Source of the DNA: a phage | Sequence record: PZ295659.1 | DNA: 64,000 nucleotides | Strand: one strand, 5' to 3' | In this document: piece by piece, positions 13,373 to 23,077 of the stretch | How the letters are laid out: the number at the start of each line of letters is the position of its first letter | Position numbering within the stretch: position 1 is the stretch's first letter | Made by a program: the position numbers and the translations under genes | Notes under the pieces: generated by a model | Seen by the model: the letters and a program-made list of their open reading frames with translations, nothing else | Databases searched by the model: none | Told to the model about the DNA's origin: nothing

Positions 13373-15355
13373 ATGGCACTTCTCTCTCCGGGCGTTGAGC
13401 TCAAAGAAACTACCGTACAGAGTACTGTAGTTAATAACTCCACTGGTACTGCTGCCCTGGCTGGAAAATTCCAATGGGGACCGGCATTCCAGATTAAACA
13501 AATCACTGATGAAGTTGCATTAGTTGATATGTTTGGTACTCCTAATACGGATACGGCAGATTATTTCATGTCTGCTATGAACTTCCTTCAATATGGTAAT
13601 GACCTTCGTGTTGTACGCGCAGTTGATCGTGCTACTGCTAAGAACTCATCTCCTGTAGCAGGCAATATTGAATTCACAATCTCTGCTGCTGGTAGTAACT
13701 ATGCAGTTGGTGATAAAATTATCGTTAAGTATTTGACCGAAACTGTTGAAGCAGATGGTTATGTCACTTCAGTTGATGTCGATGGTAAAATTCTTAACAT
13801 TTATATCCCAACCGGTAAAATTATTGCTCGTGCAAAAGAAATTAATGAATATCCGGCATTGGGTTCTAACTGGACCGCCGAAGTTGCCAGTTCTTCTTCT
13901 GGGCTTTCCGGCGTTATTACAATTGGTTCTATCGTAACCGATTCGGGTATTCTGTTAACTGAAGTTGAAACTTCTGAAGAAGCTATTACTTCTCTAACTT
14001 TCCAAGAATCTATTAAAAAATATGGTGTCCCAGGCGTAGTTGCTCTTTATCCTGGTGAACTTGGCGACCAGCTTGAAATTGAAATCGTATCTAAAGCGGA
14101 CTATGACAAAGGTGCTTCAGCCCAGTTAAAAATTTATCCTGATGGTGGTACTCGTGCATCTACTGCTAAAGCAGTGTTTGGATATGGCCCACAAACTGAT
14201 GACCAATATGCAATTATCGTTCGTCGTAACGATGCTGTAGTTCAGAGCGTAATTCTTTCTACTAAACGTGGTGAACGCGATATTTATGGTAGTAATATCT
14301 TTATTGATGATTTCTTTGCTAAAGGCGCAAGCAATTATATTTTCGCTACTGCACAAGGTTGGCCAAAAGGTTTCTCTGGCGTAATCAAACTGAATGGTGG
14401 CTTATCATCTAATGAAACGGTTGACGCTGGTGATTTAATGGAAGCTTGGGATTTGTTTGCTGACCGTGAATCTGTTAATGCGCAGTTGTTTATTGCCGGT
14501 TCTTGTGCAGGTGAATCTTTAGAAGTTGCTTCTACAGTTCAGAAACATGTTGTAGCAATTGGTGATTCTCGCCAAGATTGTTTGGTTCTTTGCTCACCGC
14601 CACGTGCAACTATAGTCGGTATTCCTGTTAATCGTGCAGTTGATAATCTGGTTGATTGGCGTACAGCGTCAGGAACTTACACTGATAATAACTTTAATAT
14701 AAGTTCTACTTATGCCGCTATTGATGGTAACTATAAATATCAATATGACAAATATAATGACGTGAATCGTTGGGTTCCATTAGCTGCTGATATCGCCGGT
14801 CTTTGTGCTCGCACAGACAATATTTCTCAGCCTTGGATGTCTCCTGCCGGTTATAACCGTGGACAAATTCTTAACGTTATTAAGCTTGCAATTGAAACTC
14901 GCCAACCACAACGTGATCGTTTGTATCAGGAAGCTATTAACCCTGTTACTGGTACCGGTGGTGATGGGTATGTTCTGTACGGTGATAAAACTGCCACTTC
15001 TGTTCCTTCACCGTTTGACCGTATTAACGTTCGTCGTTTGTTCAATATGGTTAAAACGAACATTGGTTCAGCATCTAAATATCGCCTGTTTGAATTGAAC
15101 AACGCATTTACCCGTTCTTCTTTCCGTACAGAGACTTCTCAATATCTACAGGGTATTAAAGCTCTTGGTGGTGTATATAACTTTAAAGTTGTTTGTGATA
15201 CTACCAATAACACCCCAGCAGTTATCGACCGTAATGAATTTGTAGCTACTTTCTACTTACAACCTGCCCGCTCGATAAATTATATTACGTTGAACTTTGT
15301 AGCAACAGCAACTGGTGCCGATTTCGACGAACTAATTGGTACTGTAAGTGGCTAA
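13373..15355 (+). CDS. 18: tail sheath protein gp18
   Basis: 660 aa (T4 gp18 659 aa); N-terminus MALLSPGVELKETT; synteny. Confidence 0.9.
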   Translation: MALLSPGVELKETTVQSTVVNNSTGTAALAGKFQWGPAFQIKQITDEVALVDMFGTPNTDTADYFMSAMNFLQYGNDLRVVRAVDRATAKNSSPVAGNIEFTISAAGSNYAVGDKIIVKYLTETVEADGYVTSVDVDGKILNIYIPTGKIIARAKEINEYPALGSNWTAEVASSSSGLSGVITIGSIVTDSGILLTEVETSEEAITSLTFQESIKKYGVPGVVALYPGELGDQLEIEIVSKADYDKGASAQLKIYPDGGTRASTAKAVFGYGPQTDDQYAIIVRRNDAVVQSVILSTKRGERDIYGSNIFIDDFFAKGASNYIFATAQGWPKGFSGVIKLNGGLSSNETVDAGDLMEAWDLFADRESVNAQLFIAGSCAGESLEVASTVQKHVVAIGDSRQDCLVLCSPPRATIVGIPVNRAVDNLVDWRTASGTYTDNNFNISSTYAAIDGNYKYQYDKYNDVNRWVPLAADIAGLCARTDNISQPWMSPAGYNRGQILNVIKLAIETRQPQRDRLYQEAINPVTGTGGDGYVLYGDKTATSVPSPFDRINVRRLFNMVKTNIGSASKYRLFELNNAFTRSSFRTETSQYLQGIKALGGVYNFKVVCDTTNNTPAVIDRNEFVATFYLQPARSINYITLNFVATATGADFDELIGTVSG

Positions 15356-15366
15356 TAAGACGCCTG

Positions 15367-15388
15367 ATGGGCTATTTCGGTAGCCCAT
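15367..15388 (+). terminator. hairpin after gene 18 (AUGGGCUA-UUUCGG-UAGCCCAU)
   Basis: 8-bp inverted repeat 12 nt after the gp18 stop; abuts the gene 19 late promoter. Confidence 0.45.
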
Positions 15389-15395
15389 ATAAATA
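15388..15395 (+). promoter_or_regulatory. late promoter TATAAATA for gene 19
   Basis: Exact TATAAATA within shared motif CCATATAAATATAACTATA (also found before gene 20 and uvsW). Confidence 0.6.
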
Positions 15396-15468
15396 TAACT
15401 ATATCGTTTAAAAATTAATTCTATGGGCATCTGGTTAATCCTAAGCCCATATTACTACAGAGGCTAAT

Positions 15469-15960
15469 ATGTTTGTAGATGACGTAACTCGTGCCTTCGA
15501 ATCAGGTGATTTCGCTCGCCCTAACCTGTTTGAAGTAGAAATCTCTTATCTTGGGCAAAACTTTAGCTTCCAGTGTCGTGCTACGGCTCTTCCTGCTGCG
15601 ATCGTTGAAAAGGTTCCTGTTTCTTATATGAACCGTAAAATTAACGTGGCTGGTGATCGTACATTCGATGATTGGACTATTACAGTAATGAACGATGATG
15701 CTCATAGCATTCGTCAGAAATTTGTTGATTGGCAAGGTATTGCAGCAGGACAAGGTAATGAAATTACTGGTGGTAAACCTGCTGAATATAAAAAGTCTGC
15801 TATCGTTCGTCAATTTGCTCGTGATGCTAAAACTGTCACTAAAGAAGTTGAAATTGTTGGCTTATGGCCTACTAACGTTGGTGAAGTATCTCTTGACTGG
15901 GACAGCAATAACGAGATTGAAACGTTCGAAGTAACTCTTGCTCTTGATTGGTGGGAATAA
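15469..15960 (+). CDS. 19: tail tube protein gp19
   Basis: 163 aa, same as T4 gp19; synteny. Confidence 0.9.
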   Translation: MFVDDVTRAFESGDFARPNLFEVEISYLGQNFSFQCRATALPAAIVEKVPVSYMNRKINVAGDRTFDDWTITVMNDDAHSIRQKFVDWQGIAAGQGNEITGGKPAEYKKSAIVRQFARDAKTVTKEVEIVGLWPTNVGEVSLDWDSNNEIETFEVTLALDWWE

Positions 15961-16008
15961 TCTGGTTGGGGAGAAATCCCCAGCTTCCCGTGATGACGGA
16001 GAAGTCCA

Positions 16009-16016
16009 TATAAATA
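16009..16016 (+). promoter_or_regulatory. late promoter TATAAATA for gene 20
   Basis: Exact TATAAATA 29 nt upstream of the gp20 ATG; preceded by a GAAA-loop hairpin at 15968-15984. Confidence 0.6.
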
Positions 16017-16044
16017 TAACTATAATTCCCATTCGGAGAATACA

Positions 16045-17616
16045 ATGAAATTTAATATCTTAAGTTTGTTTGCTCCATGGGCAAAAATGGACGAACGTGA
16101 TTACAAAGACCAAGAAAAAGAAAATTTAGAATCTATCACCACACCAAAATTAGACGACGGCGCTAAAGAATACGAAGTATCTGAAAATGAAGCACAGCAA
16201 ACATATAATGCTATGTTTCAGAGAATGTTCGGTAGCCAAGAACCAGGGCTCAAATCAACCCGTGAATTAATCGATACGTATCGAAATTTGATGACGAATT
16301 ATGAAGTGGATAATGCAGTCTCTGAAATAGTTTCTGATGCTATCGTATATGAAGATGATACAGAAGTCGTTTCTATAAATTTAGACAACACAAAATTTAG
16401 TCCAAATATCAAATCAATGATGTTGGATGAATTTAACGAAGTGTTAAATCATTTATCTTTCCAACGTAAAGGTTCAGATCATTTTAGACGTTGGTATGTG
16501 GATTCTCGAATTTTCTTCCATAAAATTATTGACCCTAAACGCCCTAAAGAAGGTATTAAAGAGCTTCGTCGTTTAGACCCACGTCAAGTTCAATATGTCC
16601 GTGAAGTTATTACAACCACTGAAGCCGGTGTTAAAATAGTCAAGGGTTATAAAGAATATTTCATTTATGACACATCACACGAATCTTATGCTTGTGATGG
16701 TCGCATATATGAAGCTGGCACAAAAATAAAAATCCCTAAAGCCGCGATTGTTTATGCCCATTCTGGTTTAGTTGATTGTTGTGGTAAAAATATCATTGGT
16801 TATTTGCATCGGGCTATTAAGCCGGCGAACCAATTAAAACTTCTTGAAGATGCCGTCGTAATTTATCGTATTACTCGTGCTCCTGATCGTCGTGTATGGT
16901 ATGTTGATACAGGTAATATGCCTTCAAGAAAAGCAGCAGAACATATGCAACATGTTATGAATACGATGAAAAACCGTATTGCATATGATGCTACTACAGG
17001 CAAGATTAAAAACCAGCAGCATATTATGTCGATGACCGAAGATTATTGGTTACAACGACGTGATGGTAAAGCGGTAACAGAAGTTGACACATTACCAGGT
17101 GCAGATAATACTGGAAATATGGAAGATGTACGTTGGTTCCGTAATGCGCTTTATATGGCTTTACGTATTCCTATTACCCGTATTCCAAGTGACCAAGGTG
17201 GTATACAGTTTGATGCTGGTACTTCTATTACACGAGATGAATTGACATTTGGTAAATTTATTCGTGAGCTGCAACATAAATTTGAAGAGATATTCCTAGA
17301 CCCGCTTAAAACTAATTTAATTCTTAAAGGAATTATTACAGAAGATGAGTGGAATGATGAAATAAATAATATTAAGATAAAATTTCATCGGGATAGTTAT
17401 TTCTCGGAATTAAAGGATGCTGAGATTCTGGAGCGTCGCATTAATATGCTTCAGATGGCCGAACCATTTATTGGTAAATATATTTCTCACAGAACAGCTA
17501 TGAAAGATATTCTTCAGATGTCTGACGAGGAAATTGAACAAGAGGCTAAGCAAATTGAAGAAGAGTCGAAAGAGGCTCGTTTCCAAGACCCCGACCAAGA
17601 ACAAGAGGATTTTTAA
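16045..17616 (+). CDS. 20: portal vertex protein gp20
   Basis: 523 aa (T4 gp20 524 aa); synteny 19-20-67-68-21-22-23. Confidence 0.9.
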   Translation: MKFNILSLFAPWAKMDERDYKDQEKENLESITTPKLDDGAKEYEVSENEAQQTYNAMFQRMFGSQEPGLKSTRELIDTYRNLMTNYEVDNAVSEIVSDAIVYEDDTEVVSINLDNTKFSPNIKSMMLDEFNEVLNHLSFQRKGSDHFRRWYVDSRIFFHKIIDPKRPKEGIKELRRLDPRQVQYVREVITTTEAGVKIVKGYKEYFIYDTSHESYACDGRIYEAGTKIKIPKAAIVYAHSGLVDCCGKNIIGYLHRAIKPANQLKLLEDAVVIYRITRAPDRRVWYVDTGNMPSRKAAEHMQHVMNTMKNRIAYDATTGKIKNQQHIMSMTEDYWLQRRDGKAVTEVDTLPGADNTGNMEDVRWFRNALYMALRIPITRIPSDQGGIQFDAGTSITRDELTFGKFIRELQHKFEEIFLDPLKTNLILKGIITEDEWNDEINNIKIKFHRDSYFSELKDAEILERRINMLQMAEPFIGKYISHRTAMKDILQMSDEEIEQEAKQIEEESKEARFQDPDQEQEDF

Positions 17617-17843
17617 TGGACGATTTAATTCAAGCTATTAAATCAAACGACCTCGTTGCTACTCGAAAGTTTTTTGAAAGTGCAATGGCAGAAAAAACGG
17701 TTCGTTTGATTGAAGCACGCAAAGCAGAAATCGCTTCTCAATTTTTGATTGAAGGCGAAGAACCTGAAGAAGAGAAAGATTCGGAAGACGACGCTGATGA
17801 AGGCGATGACGACGAAGACGAAGATGATGAGGACGATGAATAA
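17616..17843 (+). CDS. 67: prohead core protein gp67
   Basis: 75 aa with a poly-acidic D/E C-terminal tail; located between portal and gp68. Confidence 0.7.
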   Translation: MDDLIQAIKSNDLVATRKFFESAMAEKTVRLIEARKAEIASQFLIEGEEPEEEKDSEDDADEGDDDEDEDDEDDE

Positions 17844-18268
17844 TGTATCTTATCCCTGAATCTTATGAATTGGTACTCGAAAATGTCGAAGCACTTATTC
17901 CTGAAGCACAGGGCCGAATCGATGCATTGTCTTCTGCTCTCGATATTGACGATATAAATACTATTATCGAGAACATGCTTGAAACTGAAACGGATTTAGC
18001 TGTTGCAATGGCTTCCATTATTAATGAAGAACAGTTAAATGAGTTTATCGTTAAACATGTTTCTTCTCGTGGTGAAGTCACTCGCACTAAAGACCGTAAA
18101 ACTCGTGAACGTAACGCGTTCCAAACAACTGGTCTTTCTAAAGCAAAACGTAGACAAATCGCTCGTAAGGTCGTTAAAGCTAAAAAAGCTAACCCTTCAG
18201 GCCAAGTTAAAGGCTTGCGTAAGCGTAAAAAAGCTCTTAAACGTCGTAAAGCATTAGGATTAAGCTAA
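17843..18268 (+). CDS. 68: prohead core protein gp68
   Basis: 141 aa, same as T4 gp68; basic K/R-rich C-terminus; synteny. Confidence 0.7.
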   Translation: MYLIPESYELVLENVEALIPEAQGRIDALSSALDIDDINTIIENMLETETDLAVAMASIINEEQLNEFIVKHVSSRGEVTRTKDRKTRERNAFQTTGLSKAKRRQIARKVVKAKKANPSGQVKGLRKRKKALKRRKALGLS

Positions 18269-18909
18269 TGAATAAACCCGAGTTACTTATTGAAACTTGG
18301 GGTCAACCCGGTGAGATTATTGATGGCGTTCCAATGTTGGAATCTCATGATGGAAAAGATTCTGGCTTAAAACCAGGGCTTTATATAGAAGGTATTTTTC
18401 TTCAGGCAGAGGTTGTTAACCGAAATAAACGTTTATATCCTAAACGCGTTTTGGAAAAAGCAGTAAGTGACTATATTAAAGAACAAGTCGAAACCAAACA
18501 AGCCCTTGGAGAATTAAACCATCCACCTCGTGCAAATGTTGACCCCATGCAAGCCGCTATCATTATTGAAGATATGTGGTGGAAAGGAAACGATGTATAT
18601 GGACGTGCTAGAATTATTGAAGGCGACCATGGTCCCGGTGATAAATTAGCTGCTAATATACGAGCTGGTTGGATTCCAGGTGTTTCCTCTCGTGGTCTTG
18701 GTTCTTTAACCGACACCAATAAAGGGTACCGTATCGTGAACGAAGGATTTAAATTAACCGTCGGCGTAGATGCCGTATGGGGACCTTCTGCTCCAGATGC
18801 TTGGGTTACTCCTAAACAAATATCAGAATCAGAAAATTCGGTGGAAATCACCAAAAACAGTGCTGACGAAGCATTTAAAGCTCTCGCAGAGAGTTTAAAA
18901 GCATTATAA
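18268..18909 (+). CDS. 21: prohead core scaffold protease gp21
   Basis: 213 aa (T4 gp21 212 aa); synteny directly upstream of the scaffold gene. Confidence 0.85.
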   Translation: MNKPELLIETWGQPGEIIDGVPMLESHDGKDSGLKPGLYIEGIFLQAEVVNRNKRLYPKRVLEKAVSDYIKEQVETKQALGELNHPPRANVDPMQAAIIIEDMWWKGNDVYGRARIIEGDHGPGDKLAANIRAGWIPGVSSRGLGSLTDTNKGYRIVNEGFKLTVGVDAVWGPSAPDAWVTPKQISESENSVEITKNSADEAFKALAESLKAL

Positions 18910-18912
18910 ATA
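18905..18912 (+). promoter_or_regulatory. late promoter TATAAATA for gene 22
   Basis: Exact TATAAATA overlapping the gp21 stop, 30 nt upstream of the gp22 ATG. Confidence 0.55.
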
Positions 18913-18942
18913 ATAATGTAATCTAAACCACAGGACACTAAA

Positions 18943-19755
18943 ATGATCAAAGAACAACTTTTGAAAGAAGCTCAGAACATCGAGACTTCAGTTGCTCTTA
19001 ATAGTGTTTTCGAATCAGTAGAACTGTCTCCGGACGTTAAAGCTAATTTCAGCACTGTATTCGAAGCCACCGTTAAGCAGGAAGCAGTCAAACTGGCTGA
19101 ATCTCATATCAAAGCCATCGCCGAAAAGGCCGAAGAAGAAGTTGAAAAGGCTAAAGAAGATGCTGAAGAGAAAGCTGATAAAAAATTGGCTGAACAAGCT
19201 TCTAAATTCCTAGACCATCTTGCAAAAGAATGGCTCGCAGAAAACCAAATCGCAGTTGATAAAGGCATTAAAGCTGATTTGTTCGAATCCATGCTTGGTG
19301 GTCTGAAAGAACTGTTTGTTGAACATAACGTTGTTGTTCCAGAAGAATCTGTAGATGTTGTAGCAGAAATGGAAGAAGAGCTGGCCGAACATAAAGAAGA
19401 AACCGCTCGTTTGTTCGAAGAAGTTACCAAACGTGATGCATATATCAATTACGTTCAGCGTGAAACCGCTATTAATGAAAGCGTAAAAGACCTGACTGAA
19501 TCTCAGAAAGAAAAAGTTATTGGCCTGGTTGAAGGTATGGATTATTCTGACGCATTTGGTACTAAGTTAACTGCTATTGTAGAAATGGTTAAAGGTTCTA
19601 CTAAAGAAGAAGCCGCTATTACCGAAAATATAAATACAGTTGACAATGACGCTGCCGGTCTTAATTTTGTTGCCGAAGCAGTTGACACTACCACAACTCA
19701 GGTAGAACAGAATTCTAATGTAAGTTTATATGCGAAAGTCGCATCTCGTTTCTAA
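18943..19755 (+). CDS. 22: prohead scaffold protein gp22
   Basis: 270 aa (T4 gp22 269 aa); highly charged E/K-rich helical protein. Confidence 0.85.
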   Translation: MIKEQLLKEAQNIETSVALNSVFESVELSPDVKANFSTVFEATVKQEAVKLAESHIKAIAEKAEEEVEKAKEDAEEKADKKLAEQASKFLDHLAKEWLAENQIAVDKGIKADLFESMLGGLKELFVEHNVVVPEESVDVVAEMEEELAEHKEETARLFEEVTKRDAYINYVQRETAINESVKDLTESQKEKVIGLVEGMDYSDAFGTKLTAIVEMVKGSTKEEAAITENINTVDNDAAGLNFVAEAVDTTTTQVEQNSNVSLYAKVASRF

Positions 19756-19772
19756 TTTAAAGGTTAACACAA

Positions 19773-21341
19773 ATGACTACTATCAAAACTAAAGCTCAGC
19801 TCGTAGACAAATGGAAAGAACTGCTGGAAGGTGAAGGCCTGCCGGAAATCGCTAATAGCAAGCAGGCTATTATCGCTAAAATCTTCGAAAACCAGGAAAA
19901 AGATTTCGAAGTATCCCCTGAATATAAAGACGAGAAAATCGCTCAGGCATTTGGTTCTTTCTTGACCGAAGCTGAAATTGGTGGTGACCACGGTTATAAT
20001 GCTCAGAACATCGCAGCAGGTCAAACCTCTGGTGCAGTAACCCAGATTGGGCCGGCAGTTATGGGTATGGTTCGTCGTGCTATTCCTAATCTGATCGCTT
20101 TCGATATTTGTGGTGTTCAGCCTATGAACAGCCCTACCGGTCAGGTATTTGCTCTCCGTGCAGTATATGGTAAAGACCCTATCGCTGCTGACGCTAAAGA
20201 AGCTTTCCATCCGATGTATGCTCCAGACGCGATGTTCTCTGGTCAGGGTGCTGCTAAGAAATTCCCAGCTCTGGCTGCTAGCACACAAACCGTTGTAGGT
20301 GATATCTATACTCACTTCTTCCAGGAAACTGGTACTGTGTATCTACAAGCTTCCGCTGTAGTAACAATTGATGCTGGCGCTACCGATGCAACTAAACTGG
20401 ATGCTGAAATTAAGAAACAAATGGAAGCTGGTGTACTGGTAGAAATCGCTGAAGGTATGGCTACTTCTATCGCTGAACTTCAGGAAGGTTTCAACGGTTC
20501 TACCGATAACCCATGGAATGAAATGGGCTTCCGTATCGATAAACAAGTTATTGAAGCTAAATCTCGTCAGTTGAAAGCAGCTTACTCCATCGAATTGGCA
20601 CAAGACCTCCGTGCAGTACACGGTATGGATGCTGATGCTGAACTGAGCGGTATTCTTGCTACTGAAATTATGCTGGAAATCAACCGTGAAGTTGTTGACT
20701 GGATTAACTACTCCGCTCAGGTTGGTAAATCTGGTATGACTAATATCGTTGGTTCTAAAGCTGGTGTATTTGACTTCCAGGACCCGATTGATATCCGTGG
20801 TGCTCGTTGGGCCGGTGAAAGCTTTAAAGCTCTGTTGTTCCAGATTGATAAAGAAGCAGTTGAAATTGCTCGTCAAACCGGTCGTGGTGAAGGTAACTTC
20901 ATTATCGCTTCCCGTAACGTAGTTAACGTACTGGCTTCAGTTGATACTGGTATTTCTTACGCTGCACAGGGTCTGGCTTCTGGTTTTAATACCGACACTA
21001 CTAAGTCTGTATTTGCCGGTGTACTTGGTGGTAAATACCGCGTATACATCGACCAGTATGCTAAACAGGATTACTTCACCGTTGGTTACAAAGGCGCTAA
21101 CGAAATGGATGCAGGTATTTACTATGCTCCTTACGTTGCACTCACCCCACTGCGTGGTTCCGATCCTAAGAACTTCCAGCCGGTAATGGGCTTTAAAACT
21201 CGTTACGGTATCGGTGTTAACCCGTTTGCTGAAAGTTCCCTGCAGGCTCCAGGCGCTCGCATCCAGTCCGGTATGCCGTCTATCCTGAACAGCCTTGGTA
21301 AGAACGCTTACTTCCGCCGTGTATATGTAAAAGGCATCTAA
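19773..21341 (+). CDS. 23: major capsid protein gp23
   Basis: 522 aa; near-identical to recalled T4 gp23 (LLEGEGLPEIANSKQAIIAKIFENQEKDF, AIPNLIAFDICGVQPMNSPTGQVFALRAVYGKDP). Confidence 0.97.
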   Translation: MTTIKTKAQLVDKWKELLEGEGLPEIANSKQAIIAKIFENQEKDFEVSPEYKDEKIAQAFGSFLTEAEIGGDHGYNAQNIAAGQTSGAVTQIGPAVMGMVRRAIPNLIAFDICGVQPMNSPTGQVFALRAVYGKDPIAADAKEAFHPMYAPDAMFSGQGAAKKFPALAASTQTVVGDIYTHFFQETGTVYLQASAVVTIDAGATDATKLDAEIKKQMEAGVLVEIAEGMATSIAELQEGFNGSTDNPWNEMGFRIDKQVIEAKSRQLKAAYSIELAQDLRAVHGMDADAELSGILATEIMLEINREVVDWINYSAQVGKSGMTNIVGSKAGVFDFQDPIDIRGARWAGESFKALLFQIDKEAVEIARQTGRGEGNFIIASRNVVNVLASVDTGISYAAQGLASGFNTDTTKSVFAGVLGGKYRVYIDQYAKQDYFTVGYKGANEMDAGIYYAPYVALTPLRGSDPKNFQPVMGFKTRYGIGVNPFAESSLQAPGARIQSGMPSILNSLGKNAYFRRVYVKGI

Positions 21342-21365
21342 TCTTAATTGATTAAATCTTATTTT

Positions 21366-21383
21366 GGGAGACTTCGGTCTCCC
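21366..21383 (+). terminator. GGGAGAC-UUCG-GUCUCCC hairpin terminator after gene 23
   Basis: Perfect 7-bp stem with UUCG tetraloop followed by AUUUUGG; the same 18-mer recurs at 2027-2044 and, reverse-complemented, at 43864-43881 and 59231-59248. Confidence 0.7.
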
Positions 21384-21392
21384 ATTTTGGTT

Positions 21393-21662
21393 TTATTTCT
21401 GTGCAATTTCGATGTAAGTTTTCAAAATATTTTGCCAATTAGGCATACCTTCTTGGACATATGCTAGAGAACCGTCTTTGTTTTTGAATGATGCAAGTTT
21501 ATCAGTGGCCCAATAACCTTTAGCTCGAGCTTCAGAATCAACTTTCATCCATACTTTGTTGAAGGCATTACCATTAACTTTTGCACCATATTTTTCTACC
21601 AACTTAACTGCTTCAGCTTCCAGAACTTTTAAAGTATCTCGTAAGAAACGTGCTTTAGTCAT
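21393..21662 (-). CDS. hypothetical 89-aa protein, antisense to the late capsid operon
   Basis: Minus-strand ORF with its own early-type promoter and a GAGGAG RBS; sits in the 23-24 intergenic region where T4 carries segD; no recognisable motif. Confidence 0.5.
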   Translation of the reverse strand: MTKARFLRDTLKVLEAEAVKLVEKYGAKVNGNAFNKVWMKVDSEARAKGYWATDKLASFKNKDGSLAYVQEGMPNWQNILKTYIEIAQK

Positions 21663-21691
21663 TTTGTTTACTCCTCTGTAGTTGATAAGTC

Positions 21692-21721
21692 TATAGTATC
21701 ACATACTAAATACGTTGTAAA
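21692..21721 (-). promoter_or_regulatory. early promoter (GTTTAC-N18-TACTAT) for the 89-aa ORF
   Basis: Minus strand reads GTTTACAACGTATTTAGTATGTGATACTAT, matching the T4 early promoter architecture. Confidence 0.55.
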
Positions 21722-21727
21722 CAATCT

Positions 21728-21735
21728 TTATAAAT
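21728..21735 (+). promoter_or_regulatory. late promoter TATAAATA for gene 24
   Basis: Exact TATAAATA 28 nt upstream of the gp24 ATG. Confidence 0.6.
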
Positions 21736-21763
21736 AATCTATATCACATAAGGAAAAAATGCA

Positions 21764-23047
21764 ATGAGTAAAATCCAAAAATTATTGCGTGAATCTACAA
21801 CGTCTACTAGCAACTCAATTGGTCGCCCAAATCTCGTTGCTTTGACTCGCGCTACGACTAAATTAATATATTCTGACATTGTAGCAACACAAAGAACTAA
21901 TCAACCTGTTGCTGCTTTTTATGGTATCAAATATCTTAATCCAGATAACGAATTCACATTTAAAACTGGTGCTACTTATGCAGGCGAAGTTGGATATGTA
22001 GACCGAGAAAAAATTACTGAGCTCACAGAAGAATCAAAAGTCACACTAAATAAAGGCGATTTTTTCAAATATAATAATATCGTCTATAAAGTGTTAGAAG
22101 ATACACCATTTGCAGATATTCAAGAAAGTGATCTAGAATTAGCTCTTCAGATTGCGGTCGTTCATTTAAAGGTACGGTTATTTTCAGATGCAGCGGTAAC
22201 AAGCAAATTTGAAAGCTCTGGTAGCGAAATTTCTGATGCAAGATTCCAGATTAATAAATGGCAAACTTCGGTCAAATCTCGTAAACTTAAAACTGGTCTT
22301 ACAGTTGAATTAGCGCAAGATTTGGAAGCGAATGGATTTGATGCCCCTAACTTCTTAGAAGATTTGCTTGCTACTGAAATGGCTGATGAAATTAATAAAG
22401 ATATTCTTCAGTCTTTAATTACTGTATCGAAACGTTATAAAGTTACTGGAATTACTGACACCGGATTTATTGACTTGAGCTATGCATCCGCTCCAGAAGC
22501 AGGTCGTTCATTATATCGAATGGTGTGTGAAATGGTATCACACATTCAAAAAGAGACAACTTATACTGCAACGTTTTGTGTAGCCTCAGCTCGTGCAGCT
22601 GCTATTCTTGCTGCTTCCGGTTGGTTGAAACATAAGCCAGAAGATGACAAGTATCTTTCACAAAATGCTTATGGATTCTTGGCAAATGGATTACCTCTTT
22701 ACTGCGATACCAACAGTCCGTTAGATTATGTTATTGTGGGTGTTGTAGAAAATATCGGCGAAAAAGAAATTGTAGGGTCCATCTTTTATGCTCCATACAC
22801 TGAAGGAGTAGATTTAGATGACCCGGAACATGTCGGTGCATTTAAAGTTGTAGTTGATCCAGAAAGCTTGCAACCGTCTATCGGATTATTGGTTAGATAC
22901 GCTTTATCAGCAAATCCTTACACAGTAGCAAAAGATGAAAAAGAAGCGAGAATAATTGATGGCGGGGATATGGATAAAATGGCAGGACGTTCAGACTTGT
23001 CTGTTTTACTCGGTGTTAAATTGCCAAAAATTATCGTTGATGAATAA
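21764..23047 (+). CDS. 24: capsid vertex protein gp24
   Basis: 427 aa, same as T4 gp24; gp23-like fold paralog directly after the major capsid gene. Confidence 0.9.
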   Translation: MSKIQKLLRESTTSTSNSIGRPNLVALTRATTKLIYSDIVATQRTNQPVAAFYGIKYLNPDNEFTFKTGATYAGEVGYVDREKITELTEESKVTLNKGDFFKYNNIVYKVLEDTPFADIQESDLELALQIAVVHLKVRLFSDAAVTSKFESSGSEISDARFQINKWQTSVKSRKLKTGLTVELAQDLEANGFDAPNFLEDLLATEMADEINKDILQSLITVSKRYKVTGITDTGFIDLSYASAPEAGRSLYRMVCEMVSHIQKETTYTATFCVASARAAAILAASGWLKHKPEDDKYLSQNAYGFLANGLPLYCDTNSPLDYVIVGVVENIGEKEIVGSIFYAPYTEGVDLDDPEHVGAFKVVVDPESLQPSIGLLVRYALSANPYTVAKDEKEARIIDGGDMDKMAGRSDLSVLLGVKLPKIIVDE

Positions 23048-23052
23048 AACAA

Positions 23053-23070
23053 AGGGACCGTAAGGTCCCT
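23053..23070. terminator. bidirectional hairpin terminator between convergent genes 24 and rnlB
   Basis: AGGGACC-GUAA-GGUCCCU stem-loop flanked by an A-run upstream and a T-run downstream. Confidence 0.6.
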
Positions 23071-23077
23071 TTTTTCG

